This document shows positions 10,517 to 20,424 of a stretch of 64,000 nt of DNA, piece after piece. A program made the position numbers and the translations under genes. The stretch lies in the NCBI GenBank assembly GCA_902537425.1, contig CACBBD010000001.1, positions 231,790-295,789 on the forward strand. The letters run 5' to 3'. The notes beneath the pieces were generated by a model. It was not told the DNA's origin. It saw only the letters and a program-made list of their open reading frames with translations, and searched no databases. This DNA is from an uncultured SAR86 cluster bacterium. GTDB lineage: Bacteria; Pseudomonadota; Gammaproteobacteria; Magnimaribacterales; Magnimaribacteraceae. The stretch's first letter is position 1; each line of letters begins with the position of its first letter.

Positions 10517-11394
10517 ATCTTGAAACACTAGAGTATCCACCCTTAACTGAAGATATCGAAGAAGCCAAAAATCACTTAGATAAATATGGTATGGCTTTGA
10601 TCGCCAACGTATTGAGCTTTGATGAAATTGATGAGATGGATAAAAGACTCAACGAACAGTTCTTAGGTGAGGAAAAATATAAGGTAGGTTCAAAAATTAG
10701 AGGTGATGAGGGATTGGGAGTAGAGTCATCTGATGAAGAAAAAGTAAGTAGATTAGTTTGGAATTTGATAAACAAAGGTGATTGTTTTTTAAAGCTTATA
10801 GATCATCCAAAAATACTGCCACTTATTCAACATATAATCGGAGAAAAAGTGTGTCTTTGTTCAATGGGAGCGCACATGAATGGTAGTGGCAATGAGAGAA
10901 TGGCGCTTCACCAAGATCAATGGCCTTTGGTACCTCATCCTATGGACTTTCCCTTCATGGCGAATGTTATGTACTTAATCTCAGACAATTCTCCAGATAA
11001 CGGTGGCACCAGACTCATACCTGGATCACATAAATGGCCACTTATAGATTATCGCACTGCAAATGGTGAAGAGATTCAAAAAATGGCTACTTCTCTAACC
11101 GCACCGAAAGGCACAGCAATAGTTTGGGAAGGAAGACTATGGCATGGTAATGGTTTAAATAGATCAGGATCCATGAGAAGCAATATCTCGACAGCTTTCT
11201 TACAACCCTGGGTGAAACCTCAAGAAAATCATCAATATAGTATCCGAGATGAAGTACTCGGAAAGATAACCGAAAAACAAAAACACATATTAGGCTTTAG
11301 TTCTTTTGGAACTCTTGGTGGGCATGATGGATCTAGTGTTTCTCCTTCAGAGTTTGATCCTAAAAAAGAATCTATAGGAATCTTGAAACCATAA
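10513..11394 (+). CDS. PhyH family Fe(II)/2OG oxygenase (paralog)
   Basis: LHQDQW, NGGTRLIPGSH, WEGRLWHG; ATGA overlap with upstream paralog. Confidence 0.85.
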   Translation: MNLETLEYPPLTEDIEEAKNHLDKYGMALIANVLSFDEIDEMDKRLNEQFLGEEKYKVGSKIRGDEGLGVESSDEEKVSRLVWNLINKGDCFLKLIDHPKILPLIQHIIGEKVCLCSMGAHMNGSGNERMALHQDQWPLVPHPMDFPFMANVMYLISDNSPDNGGTRLIPGSHKWPLIDYRTANGEEIQKMATSLTAPKGTAIVWEGRLWHGNGLNRSGSMRSNISTAFLQPWVKPQENHQYSIRDEVLGKITEKQKHILGFSSFGTLGGHDGSSVSPSEFDPKKESIGILKP

Positions 11395-11401
11395 ACTTAA
11401 T

Positions 11402-12364
11402 ATGTTGACGGGAGTACTTTTCGGGCTTTCTGTCTTAGTTGTAATAATCCTAATATTTTATTTTTTTCCTTATAGATTTCTTGAAGCAATAGGGCTAGTT
11501 CCTTACATCATTTATAAACAGATTTATATATCCAGACTATTAAGGAAGTCTCGTTTCTTTGTGACATCTAGAGGAAATATTGAGTTTATTTTCAAGGGAA
11601 GCAATGGCCCTGTCCTTTTACATATTCATGGTTCGCCTGGTGGTTGTGATCAAAATATTGAACCTACGCAGAAATATAGAGTATTAACACCTTCAAGACC
11701 TGGATACAGAAGAACAGATATATCTGTGGGTAAAACTCCTGAACAACAGGCTGATAGTTTCAAAGCTTTATTGGATACCTTAAAAATTGATAAAGTTTTT
11801 ATTATGGGAGTCTCTGGAGGCGGACCTTCCTCAATGCACTTTGCAGCTAAGTATCCTGAAAAAACCTTAGGACTAATATTGTTCGAAGCTGTAAGTTTCT
11901 CTCAAGATTTCCTTAAGAAGGATGAGGCATTAATAAATTCTTGGGATTATAAACTTTTTATTCAATTGCTATTTATGTCATCCTTTGGCAATGCCAGATT
12001 GGCAAAAATGATGCTTCCTAATGAAAAAAATAGATTAAGGTTACTGGAAAAGAAAGAAAATATTGTTCTTCTTAAGAAGATTATATGGTCAATTTGGCCA
12101 ATTAGCATAAGAAGACTTGGTATTAAAAATGATTATAAGCAATTTACAAATCTAAATATTCCTTACGATAAAATCTCTTCACCTGTTCTAATCTTACACG
12201 GAGACGAGGATATTAATGTAGATATTGAGCATGCAAGACATGCCAATAAAGCCATAAATAATTCTTCTCTATACATTTTAAAAGAGGCTGACCATATGAT
12301 GCATGCAACTCATTCCAAAGAGATTGAGAAGCAAATTGAGTCTTTCATATCAAATTATTCTTGA
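11402..12364 (+). CDS. Alpha/beta hydrolase with N-terminal membrane anchor
   Basis: IHGSPGG, GVSGGG nucleophile elbow, HGDED, ADH. Confidence 0.82.
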   Translation: MLTGVLFGLSVLVVIILIFYFFPYRFLEAIGLVPYIIYKQIYISRLLRKSRFFVTSRGNIEFIFKGSNGPVLLHIHGSPGGCDQNIEPTQKYRVLTPSRPGYRRTDISVGKTPEQQADSFKALLDTLKIDKVFIMGVSGGGPSSMHFAAKYPEKTLGLILFEAVSFSQDFLKKDEALINSWDYKLFIQLLFMSSFGNARLAKMMLPNEKNRLRLLEKKENIVLLKKIIWSIWPISIRRLGIKNDYKQFTNLNIPYDKISSPVLILHGDEDINVDIEHARHANKAINNSSLYILKEADHMMHATHSKEIEKQIESFISNYS

Positions 12365-12382
12365 AGTGAATTCCTGTCGAGC

Positions 12383-13015
12383 CTATTTATTGTATCTCTT
12401 ATAAGAAAAGTAAAGTACAGCGGGCAATATAGCTGCCCCAAAAAATGCTAAAGTTGATGAACCACTTGATAGTGCTGCAGCTCCTAGTCCAGAAAATACT
12501 ATAGCTACACCTATATTAGATAAAATCATTACATAGACAAATTTCATAAAGGGCATATTAGTTATTCCGGCAGCAAGGGTGCTGAGTTCAGCAAATGCAG
12601 GAACAGGTCTAGCAAGAATTAAGCCCATAACATCAATATCTCTAGCCGAATCTTCAGCTTTTTTTAAATCATCGATACCAACTATCTTTTGAGCTAATGG
12701 TCTTGCTGCAAATCTCCCTACTATGTAGCCAAAAACAGCCCCTAAATTTAGACCTATCCATACAACAACAGAAGCAAGTGCCCAGCCCAAACTAGCGCCT
12801 GCTAAAGTATTTGTTAATCCATTTGGAACAGGGAGAAATACATCAGCAGCTAGAGCAATCATAACTACAATCGAAGTATAGACAGTATTTTCACCTGCCC
12901 AAGCTAGTGCTGTTTCTCCATATCTAGAAAATGGTGTTTCCAAAAAGATTGCTGGAATAACAATGGTCGTAAATAAAACTATCATAAATGTAAGCCATTT
13001 AAATAATCTGGTCAT
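12383..13015 (-). CDS. DedA/VTT (TVP38) family membrane protein
   Basis: DVFLPVP, GYIVGRF, LARPVPAFAE. Confidence 0.8.
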   Translation of the reverse strand: MTRLFKWLTFMIVLFTTIVIPAIFLETPFSRYGETALAWAGENTVYTSIVVMIALAADVFLPVPNGLTNTLAGASLGWALASVVVWIGLNLGAVFGYIVGRFAARPLAQKIVGIDDLKKAEDSARDIDVMGLILARPVPAFAELSTLAAGITNMPFMKFVYVMILSNIGVAIVFSGLGAAALSSGSSTLAFFGAAILPAVLYFSYKRYNK

Positions 13016-14373
13016 TAAGCTCTTTCTTGAATCTGTTGTTTTATTGCTGCGTGTTCTTTTTCACCAAACTTAAATTTTTTATATAAAAGAAAAGCTCCTA
13101 AACTATAAAAAACTAAAGGTACAAGGCCATAGAGGCTAATCAGAGCAATTTTTACTTCCATCGTCTGAGGTTGATTAGGGATAAAACCAGAAAACTGCAG
13201 AACAAAGCCAGTTACAAGAAGCATAATCCCTGTTGCGCTTTTAAATACGAAATTAAGTGCTGCAAAATAAGAACCTTCTTTCCTCTCTCCTGTTAGGTAC
13301 TCGTCATAATCTATTACATCACCTTTCACAGAAGGTCCAATTGCTCCTCCACAGCCTGCAGCCATACCACCTAAAGCTGCACCAATAAACATAACAATCA
13401 ACCTATCTGTTATAGAGTCCAAAAAAGGAATAATAAAAATTCCACCGAAAGAGATACCAGTAAAGGCAAGACTAAAAACCCATAATCTTATTTTTCCAAA
13501 TCTTCTTGATAATGGTATCCAAAGAGGAACAGATAAAGCTGACGGAAGCATGTAAGCAAATATAATTAAAGGCGCCCAAGCAGGAGCTTCAACTATATAT
13601 TGAGTCACATAAAGGGTGAGTACGCCTATAACTGCCCCACCTAAATTTTCAATAAATAGAACTATTATTAATATTTTCGCATGTGGGTTTATCCATACAT
13701 CTCTGAATGCCTTAAATGGATTTTTATTTACTCGGTTTTGAAATTCAGGATTTTCTTTAAGTTTTGAGACTGCAAAAAATATCATTAGCGACATTGCACC
13801 GATGGCATAAAAAGCGAGACTACCAGCCAATTGTCTAACATCTCCATCAGGATTATTTTCTTCGCTAATCAGCAAACTCATAGAAACTAATGCAAGAATT
13901 GATCCCAACGTAAAACCTATATGTCTTACCCCAAATAACCGTGTCCTCTCATGATAATCTTCTGAAAGTTCAGCCCCTAGAGCCATATGAGGTACATTAA
14001 GAAGAGTTATTGCGGAATAAAAACTGAGTATTGCTATCATCATCCACAAATCAAGAGACTGACCTTGCATAGATTCAGGTGGCGAAAAGACTGCTAAAAA
14101 TCCAAACGAAATTGGGATAAAACTTATTAACATCCAGGTCCTTCTTCTGCCAAATTTAAATGTGGTCCTGTCGCTCAAATACCCTGCAATGGGATCTGAT
14201 ACGGCATCCCATATCCTAGATATACTAAAAATGACTCCCATTACAGCTGGAGCAATGAGCAGTACGTCGGTAGAAAATTTCATGACGTATAAGCTCATCA
14301 AAAGATACATATAGCCTGCACCCAATCCCGGCATGCCGTAAGCTATAGTTGTTCCTAATGTTACTTTTCTCAT
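13015..14373 (-). CDS. MFS glycoside-pentoside-hexuronide (MelB-like) transporter
   Basis: RIWDAVSDPIAGYLSDRT...GRRR, DVIDYDE..TGERKEG. Confidence 0.88.
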   Translation of the reverse strand: MRKVTLGTTIAYGMPGLGAGYMYLLMSLYVMKFSTDVLLIAPAVMGVIFSISRIWDAVSDPIAGYLSDRTTFKFGRRRTWMLISFIPISFGFLAVFSPPESMQGQSLDLWMMIAILSFYSAITLLNVPHMALGAELSEDYHERTRLFGVRHIGFTLGSILALVSMSLLISEENNPDGDVRQLAGSLAFYAIGAMSLMIFFAVSKLKENPEFQNRVNKNPFKAFRDVWINPHAKILIIVLFIENLGGAVIGVLTLYVTQYIVEAPAWAPLIIFAYMLPSALSVPLWIPLSRRFGKIRLWVFSLAFTGISFGGIFIIPFLDSITDRLIVMFIGAALGGMAAGCGGAIGPSVKGDVIDYDEYLTGERKEGSYFAALNFVFKSATGIMLLVTGFVLQFSGFIPNQPQTMEVKIALISLYGLVPLVFYSLGAFLLYKKFKFGEKEHAAIKQQIQERA

Positions 14374-15531
14374 TTAAATCTTCTTTAATTCAGATAGTTC
14401 TTTAATAAGATTATATGAATGCAGTTTATTAACACTATTATTCATAATTATTTTTGTAATTAAGTTCCTTATCTTTGCCAGTATGGGGTTAGAGATATGA
14501 TTAAATATCCCCTGAAGTTTTGATCTTTTTTGTATCCATCTACTTCTACTATTTCTCAACCTATCATATTTACGAACTATACTGCTCAAATCTTCTTTGT
14601 CCTTTATTAAAGACGCTAAACAGTAAGCATCTTCAATCGCAAGACACCCACCTTGTCCTAGAAAGGGAACCATAGGATGAGCAGCATCTCCTAGAAGCAA
14701 GCACTTATCTCGATACAGTTTTTTTGGAAGAGGTCTTTCAAAAATACCCCATTTATATATTTCATAAGACGAATCAAACATTGAAAGTAATTCTTCGTTC
14801 CATCCATCAAAGCAATTAAGAAATTCAGATTTATTACCCTTTATTTTCCAAGACTCTTCAGACCAAATTACATTATGTTCAATAGCAATGAAGTTAATAA
14901 GATCTCCTCTGCCGGTAGGATAATGCACACAATGACCTCCAGGGCCGTAGTAGACATTGACCTTGTCATTACCTTCGAATTTAGGAAGGTTCTCTATCGA
15001 GGTCATGCCTCTCCATGCTACATATTTTGTAAATTGAGGTCTTTGGTCATCGAAATAATGCTCTCTTAAAGAAGACTTAATACCATCGCAAATTAGGATT
15101 AGATCATAGGTCTTTTTTTCATGATTAGATATTATGATTTCTCCCATAACAGGATCAATTGACTCAATCTCACTATCGAGGATGATATTTCCACCAAGTT
15201 CTTCAAATTTATTTGAGAGCGTTAAAACAAGATCTCTTCTATCTAAAGTTATAAAATTTTTATCAAGTGTCTGGAACTTTATTACCTTAGCTTTTTTATA
15301 ATCCCGTATGAAGGTACCCAAAGGATAGTGACCCTTAGAAGATAAAACGTCCATAAGATCTAGATCTTGCAGCAACAGAGTAGCATTCTTGGAAAGTGTT
15401 ATACCGGCTCCAAATGCGTCTATAGATTGCGATCTTTCATAAATTTCAACTTCTAGGCCTATTTTTTTTAATGAATACCCTGCAGTTAGGCCGGATACTC
15501 CTGCTCCTATTACTGCAATATTTCTTAACAC
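14374..15531 (-). CDS. FAD-dependent monooxygenase (salicylate-hydroxylase-like family)
   Basis: IGAGVSG, CDGIKS, LLGDAAHPMVPFLGQGGCLAIED. Confidence 0.88.
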   Translation of the reverse strand: MLRNIAVIGAGVSGLTAGYSLKKIGLEVEIYERSQSIDAFGAGITLSKNATLLLQDLDLMDVLSSKGHYPLGTFIRDYKKAKVIKFQTLDKNFITLDRRDLVLTLSNKFEELGGNIILDSEIESIDPVMGEIIISNHEKKTYDLILICDGIKSSLREHYFDDQRPQFTKYVAWRGMTSIENLPKFEGNDKVNVYYGPGGHCVHYPTGRGDLINFIAIEHNVIWSEESWKIKGNKSEFLNCFDGWNEELLSMFDSSYEIYKWGIFERPLPKKLYRDKCLLLGDAAHPMVPFLGQGGCLAIEDAYCLASLIKDKEDLSSIVRKYDRLRNSRSRWIQKRSKLQGIFNHISNPILAKIRNLITKIIMNNSVNKLHSYNLIKELSELKKI

Positions 15532-16652
15532 TAGATAGCCTTAGTCTTGATTTGATTTTTTAGCGCTCGTTCTTTTCTGCGCGTCTTATCATTAACTTGC
15601 CCGACTAGTTGTCCGCAAGCAGCCATGATGTCATCACCTCTTGTTGATCTAATGGTCGTAACGTAACCCTCACCTTGGAGATATTTTTGAAACCTTTTCA
15701 CTCTATTTCCCGAGGGTTTTAGATAATCTGATCCTTCAAAGGCATTAAAAGGAATTAGATTTATTTTGCAGGGCAATTGTCTCAATAATTCTGCCAACTC
15801 TTCTGCGTGTGCCATTTCATCATTAATACCATCAATGAGAATATACTCGATTGTTGTTATTCTCTTATCATCGCATGAATCAACATAACGCTTTACTGAA
15901 TCCAGCAGCTCTTGAATGGGATATTTTTTATTTATAGGAACTAGCTCATTTCTGAGTTTATCATTAGGAGCGTGCAAGGATATTGTAAGAGCGACATCAC
16001 TTACCTTACTTAAGTCATCAATTTTAGGAACAATACCTGAGGTGCTCAAAGTAACTTTTCTTTTAGATAGACCATAAGCGTGATCATCTGTCATCAAATC
16101 CATAGCATTTACAACAGGTTCAAAGTTTAGCAATGGTTCTCCCATTCCCATCATTACCACATTTGTGATATGTCTTGAGTTAGGCTCTCTGGGTAAGCCA
16201 AAGGAATTAGCAGCGACCCAAACTTGTCCGATTATTTCATCTAGGTCTAAATTTCTTGAAAAGCCTTGCTTACCAGTAGCACAAAAACTGCAATCTACCG
16301 CACACCCTACTTGTGATGAAACACATAAAGTGGCTCTATTCTTCTCAGGTATGAGAACCATTTCAACTAAATCTTTTTCTCCTACTTTAATGACCCACTT
16401 TTTGGTTCCATCTTTTGATGATTTTTCATACAAAACTTCAGGAACCTTTACTTCACAAGTTTCTTCTAGTTTTTGACGTAATACTTTTGATAGATCGGTC
16501 ATCTGAGAGACATCTGAAACTCCTCTTTGATGTATCCATTTAATTATTTGGGTTGCCCTAAACGGCCTTTCCTCAATGGAAACAAAAAAATCCTCTAACT
16601 CTTTTCTGCTTAAACCCATAAGGTTAATTTTCTTAGAATGATTTTGTTTCAT
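15531..16652 (-). CDS. rlmN: 23S rRNA m2A2503 radical SAM methyltransferase
   Basis: CVSSQVGCAVDCSFCATG, MGMGEPL, DDIMAACGQL. Confidence 0.96.
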   Translation of the reverse strand: MKQNHSKKINLMGLSRKELEDFFVSIEERPFRATQIIKWIHQRGVSDVSQMTDLSKVLRQKLEETCEVKVPEVLYEKSSKDGTKKWVIKVGEKDLVEMVLIPEKNRATLCVSSQVGCAVDCSFCATGKQGFSRNLDLDEIIGQVWVAANSFGLPREPNSRHITNVVMMGMGEPLLNFEPVVNAMDLMTDDHAYGLSKRKVTLSTSGIVPKIDDLSKVSDVALTISLHAPNDKLRNELVPINKKYPIQELLDSVKRYVDSCDDKRITTIEYILIDGINDEMAHAEELAELLRQLPCKINLIPFNAFEGSDYLKPSGNRVKRFQKYLQGEGYVTTIRSTRGDDIMAACGQLVGQVNDKTRRKERALKNQIKTKAI

Positions 16653-16678
16653 GTCTCTTTTATAAAGTTAAGTGAGCT

Positions 16679-17404
16679 TTAGTCTTCCTTACTTATTTCA
16701 TCAGCTACCCAGCTAATAGACCAATTATGTCCTAATTTATTTCCTTTGTATGTTTCTGGAAGTCTTGTGACCTTGCTTTTTAGAATTTTCACCACTTGAG
16801 GGTCATAATCCAAATCGCTAAAGGCGCCATCTAACTCTTTAATAGTTCTCCATTGATGGAGTTCTATGTTGTCTCTTAAATTATTTGGCACCTCATAATT
16901 GCAGATGGAAGTGAATATACCCATTCCTGCAAGTGGAGCTGCTATTGAGTGAATTTGTAAGGGGAAATCCATCTCCCAGGTCTCTGCAAATGCTACTACG
17001 AGAAGCCCTCCGTAGCTATGACCAAGCAAAATAATTTTATTTAAATTAGGATTATCACTGATTTTTTTCTCAATTAAACTCAGCAAAGAGTTCACTGATG
17101 GAGCTGGACAAGCATCGTCATCCCAACGAAAAAAGGCAACCATATTATCATCATTATTTAATGTTTGAAGAGGATAAATCCATTCATAGCCTCGACTATT
17201 ACTTCCGTGCACTCCAATCAATAAAGTATTTTGATCGACAGTAACCTCCTCTAGATCATGAAGATCAAATGGTAAGGAAATTAAAGATTTACCAGATTCG
17301 AATACATCTTTTTCTACTTTGAAGGTATCAAGTGATGGCTGAATAATTTCCCCACAAGATACTAAAATAAGGGTGAAGACTATCGAGATAAGATTTTTAA
17401 ACAT
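16679..17404 (-). CDS. Lipoprotein, alpha/beta hydrolase fold
   Basis: Lipobox LVSC; VHG and GHSYGG motifs. Confidence 0.65.
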   Translation of the reverse strand: MFKNLISIVFTLILVSCGEIIQPSLDTFKVEKDVFESGKSLISLPFDLHDLEEVTVDQNTLLIGVHGSNSRGYEWIYPLQTLNNDDNMVAFFRWDDDACPAPSVNSLLSLIEKKISDNPNLNKIILLGHSYGGLLVVAFAETWEMDFPLQIHSIAAPLAGMGIFTSICNYEVPNNLRDNIELHQWRTIKELDGAFSDLDYDPQVVKILKSKVTRLPETYKGNKLGHNWSISWVADEISKED

Positions 17405-17437
17405 ATTCTAAGTTTAATCAATTTTATACTCATCTTG

Positions 17438-17465
17438 AAAAAAACCCGCCGTTAAGCGGGTTTTT
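17438..17465. terminator. Bidirectional intrinsic terminator
   Basis: aaaaaaacccgc-cgttaa-gcgggttttt hairpin with A/T tracts. Confidence 0.85.
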
Positions 17466-17480
17466 AAATTTAGATGGTCC

Positions 17481-17903
17481 CTAAAAGGGAAAGAAGGTCA
17501 TCTCTACTGTTTCAGTTTCTAAATTCATTACAGTCTCGCAATAGTTCATATTGCCATCTGTTACATCATCTAAAGACCAAAACTTCATAATGGCTCCTTC
17601 TCTTCTAAAAACACCTTGTCTGGATCCGGCTTGTCTTACTCCGTCGTTAAATCCCACTCCTCTTCCAGAGAAGTAACCCTGATCAGGCAAAGCCGAATTT
17701 AAAGTTACATTGTAAGTTAAGAAAACTTTTCCATATCTCCCAGCTTCAGAAGAAACAGTTATAGTTCCACCGCCATCAGTAAGTTCAACTGATGTTATAG
17801 TTCCTGAAAGAGTAAATGATTCACCTTTTGGATCATGTGCTAATGCAGATAAAGAAAAAAATCCTGACATGATTATGGCAATGCCATATTTAATAAATTT
17901 CAT
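17481..17903 (-). CDS. Secreted hypothetical protein (paralog of 18601-19044)
   Basis: Signal peptide ending ALA; AGGAG RBS; shares GKV.LT.N and QG...REG motifs with paralog. Confidence 0.75.
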   Translation of the reverse strand: MKFIKYGIAIIMSGFFSLSALAHDPKGESFTLSGTITSVELTDGGGTITVSSEAGRYGKVFLTYNVTLNSALPDQGYFSGRGVGFNDGVRQAGSRQGVFRREGAIMKFWSLDDVTDGNMNYCETVMNLETETVEMTFFPF

Positions 17904-17966
17904 AACATTCTCCTTTTTTTTATGAAAAGATATACTGACAATAACAAAATAATCATTGGAGGAAAA

Positions 17967-18590
17967 ATGATAAAAAAAATCAGTTTAATAATCGCCTTTT
18001 TCAGTCTCATATCATGTGGAACAGATATGAGTGTTTCAGAAAAAAATAGTGAGCCTCAAGTCTCACATGATTCTTCTGAGTGGCAAATTTGGGCTTACAC
18101 TTCAGCAGCTCCCGACTTTATTGGTGATCTTGCTACAGTAATAGGAGCTGATGGAACAGTTTTAAGAGAGGGTTCCAATGGTTGGAGGTGTGAAGCCTTT
18201 ATGCCTATGCCTGAAGGAGGATTCGTAGATGCTCATTCTGCTGCTCCGGCATGTTCCGATGCAAACGCAGTAGCATGGGCTAATGCCTATAAAGCGGGAA
18301 CCGTTCCAGATATGGAAGGCGATGGATGGATGTGGATGATTCATGGTGATTTAGGAGTTGATAATTTTACTGTGGGTACAGACGGTCAAAAGGATGCCGG
18401 TCATATGCACTTTATAGAATCAGGTCCACACATGATGTTGATGCCAAAAGATCCTGCGTCTTTAGAAGGTCAATCTACAGACTACACTACAGGTGCACCT
18501 TATGTGATGTTTGAAGGCTCGCCTTATGCGCACCTAATGATTCCATTGGTCGACTATTATTCTTACCAACCTGAATCATCACCTAAATAA
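17967..18590 (+). CDS. Conserved-looking hypothetical lipoprotein
   Basis: GGAGGA RBS before ATG 17967; lipobox LISC; Met/His/Cys-rich C-terminus. Confidence 0.75.
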   Translation: MIKKISLIIAFFSLISCGTDMSVSEKNSEPQVSHDSSEWQIWAYTSAAPDFIGDLATVIGADGTVLREGSNGWRCEAFMPMPEGGFVDAHSAAPACSDANAVAWANAYKAGTVPDMEGDGWMWMIHGDLGVDNFTVGTDGQKDAGHMHFIESGPHMMLMPKDPASLEGQSTDYTTGAPYVMFEGSPYAHLMIPLVDYYSYQPESSPK

Positions 18591-18600
18591 TTAAAAAAAT

Positions 18601-19044
18601 ATGAGAATTAAATTAATAAAAAGAATCGGTCTTCTGGCCCTAATGACATTTTTACTAACAAATGTAAGTACATTATTTGCCTTGGATGTACAAGGAGATT
18701 CATTTGATGCTGAATTCAAAATAACTTCATGGAGTGCAACTAATACGGATAGCACAATTACATCTGAAGGAATAGTCGGAGAAGGTTTTGGAAAGGTGTA
18801 CCTTACCCATAACTTTAGATCTAGATCTGGTGATAACACTCAGGGAGATTTTGATGGTCAAGTTAGATCCATTAATAATGATGGAGTCATGGTTACGGCT
18901 ACCCTCCAAGGAATATGGAAAAGAGAAGGTAAAATTGTGAACATGTATACACTTGATACTTTCTCTGACGGAGGAATGATTTATGCTGAAGGAAAAGTAG
19001 ATCTTGTTGAAGGAACCTTAAAATTTAAGGCGTTCGAATTTTGA
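18601..19044 (+). CDS. Secreted hypothetical protein (paralog of 17481-17903)
   Basis: Signal peptide; motif similarity to 17481-17903. Confidence 0.75.
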   Translation: MRIKLIKRIGLLALMTFLLTNVSTLFALDVQGDSFDAEFKITSWSATNTDSTITSEGIVGEGFGKVYLTHNFRSRSGDNTQGDFDGQVRSINNDGVMVTATLQGIWKREGKIVNMYTLDTFSDGGMIYAEGKVDLVEGTLKFKAFEF

Positions 19045-19058
19045 TACTTCATTCAAAC

Positions 19059-19089
19059 AAAAAAATAGGCCATGAGGCCTATTTTTTTT
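19059..19089. terminator. Bidirectional intrinsic terminator between convergent genes
   Basis: aaaaaaataggcc-atga-ggcctatttttttt. Confidence 0.85.
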
Positions 19090-19106
19090 CCTCTTACCTG
19101 GAAGAA

Positions 19107-19499
19107 CTATGTCATATTAAGAATTCCACAAAGTTTATTTCCAGAGGGATCTCTTAAGTAAGCAAGATACATCTTCATTCCCATACCTTCACGTATACCT
19201 GGAGGGTCCTCACACGTAGAACCTCCATTATTAATTCCCACTTCATGCCATTCATCTCCCTGGTCTGTACTCTTTACAGAGAAACCTATGGTGCTTCCAT
19301 TGCCATGAGTTGCAATCTGATCATCAATTGGTTCAGAAATGAGAAAAACATTTCCATCCAAAAAATACATATATCTTTTATGACCAGTTGGATTTACGGA
19401 AAGAACTCCTGGTTCTCCGCCTAGAACAGCAAAAGTGCTGTCATAGAATTTTTTAGACTCTTCAATGTCATTAGCTCCTACCATTATGTGACTGTACAT
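19107..19499 (-). CDS. VOC/glyoxalase family protein
   Basis: SHIMVGANDIEESKKFYD, GNGSTIGF, YLAYLRDPSGNKL. Confidence 0.85.
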   Translation of the reverse strand: MYSHIMVGANDIEESKKFYDSTFAVLGGEPGVLSVNPTGHKRYMYFLDGNVFLISEPIDDQIATHGNGSTIGFSVKSTDQGDEWHEVGINNGGSTCEDPPGIREGMGMKMYLAYLRDPSGNKLCGILNMT

Positions 19500-19508
19500 C
19501 TTTCCCCC

Positions 19509-20384
19509 TTAATTAGTTGGTATAACTTGTTTTTTATATAGCCTGGTTTCTGCCAGAAGATCACTGTGGTACTCATTCAAACTAATAATTTTTCCATCAG
19601 CAAACTTATAAACCATAGCATAATTATTATTATAAGTTCCGTTAATTCCTTGCGCTTTTCCAGAAACCCTTAAAACAACACTATCACTATCTCCAATGGT
19701 GTCGACTACCTCAAGAGCTATTCCTTCTGGTATTAGACGTCCTACTTCAGGAATAAACTCATTAAAAAAACTATCTGTGTCTGCTTTTGTACATAAAGAG
19801 CATATTCCCATAAACTCGAAAGAAAAATTCTCATGGAGAAGTGATCTTGCTTTATCTGGGTTAGAAAATGCCGTATCTAAAAATTCTTGGGCTTTACCAA
19901 TATTTTCTTTTCTCTTATTGGTAAGAATATTATCTCTGGTATAGCCAACTCTGGTTGTTTTAAAGTGTTTGAATGGAAACCCGAGAGCTGTTACAGCTTC
20001 AAAGGCCTCTTTGGAAATATTACCGTAAATTTCTATTTCAAAACTATCTGCCAATCTGTCATGCGCACCTACATATTCTGGAATATAAGGAGCATTAAGA
20101 TGAAATAATAAAGCTTCACTATTTTCATAAACTTCACTCCAGGTAAATTTCAATGGGTTCAAAGGGTCTGAATCAAAGTTATGAAACAACATGCCAAGTT
20201 CAGCTTCCTGTACCGCATTATCTACGGTATCTGCTATCTCTAAATATTCATTTACCTTTCCAGGTTTAACCTGAATTCTTGCAATAAGAAGAAAAGGATT
20301 GTCTCCTTTTACCCCTTCATGATGCATTGGGAAAATCATTGTCAGTGGGGCAATCATACTTATTACCAATAAAAACTTTTTCAT
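19509..20384 (-). CDS. Secreted ABM-like + SnoaL/NTF2-like fusion protein
   Basis: IARIQVKPGK...WSEVY...ALLFH (ABM-like); YNNNYAMVYKFADGKIISLNEYHS (SnoaL-like). Confidence 0.65.
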   Translation of the reverse strand: MKKFLLVISMIAPLTMIFPMHHEGVKGDNPFLLIARIQVKPGKVNEYLEIADTVDNAVQEAELGMLFHNFDSDPLNPLKFTWSEVYENSEALLFHLNAPYIPEYVGAHDRLADSFEIEIYGNISKEAFEAVTALGFPFKHFKTTRVGYTRDNILTNKRKENIGKAQEFLDTAFSNPDKARSLLHENFSFEFMGICSLCTKADTDSFFNEFIPEVGRLIPEGIALEVVDTIGDSDSVVLRVSGKAQGINGTYNNNYAMVYKFADGKIISLNEYHSDLLAETRLYKKQVIPTN

Positions 20385-20424
20385 TTATTTCTCCTATATA
20401 AACGGATGATTGATTCAAACATAA

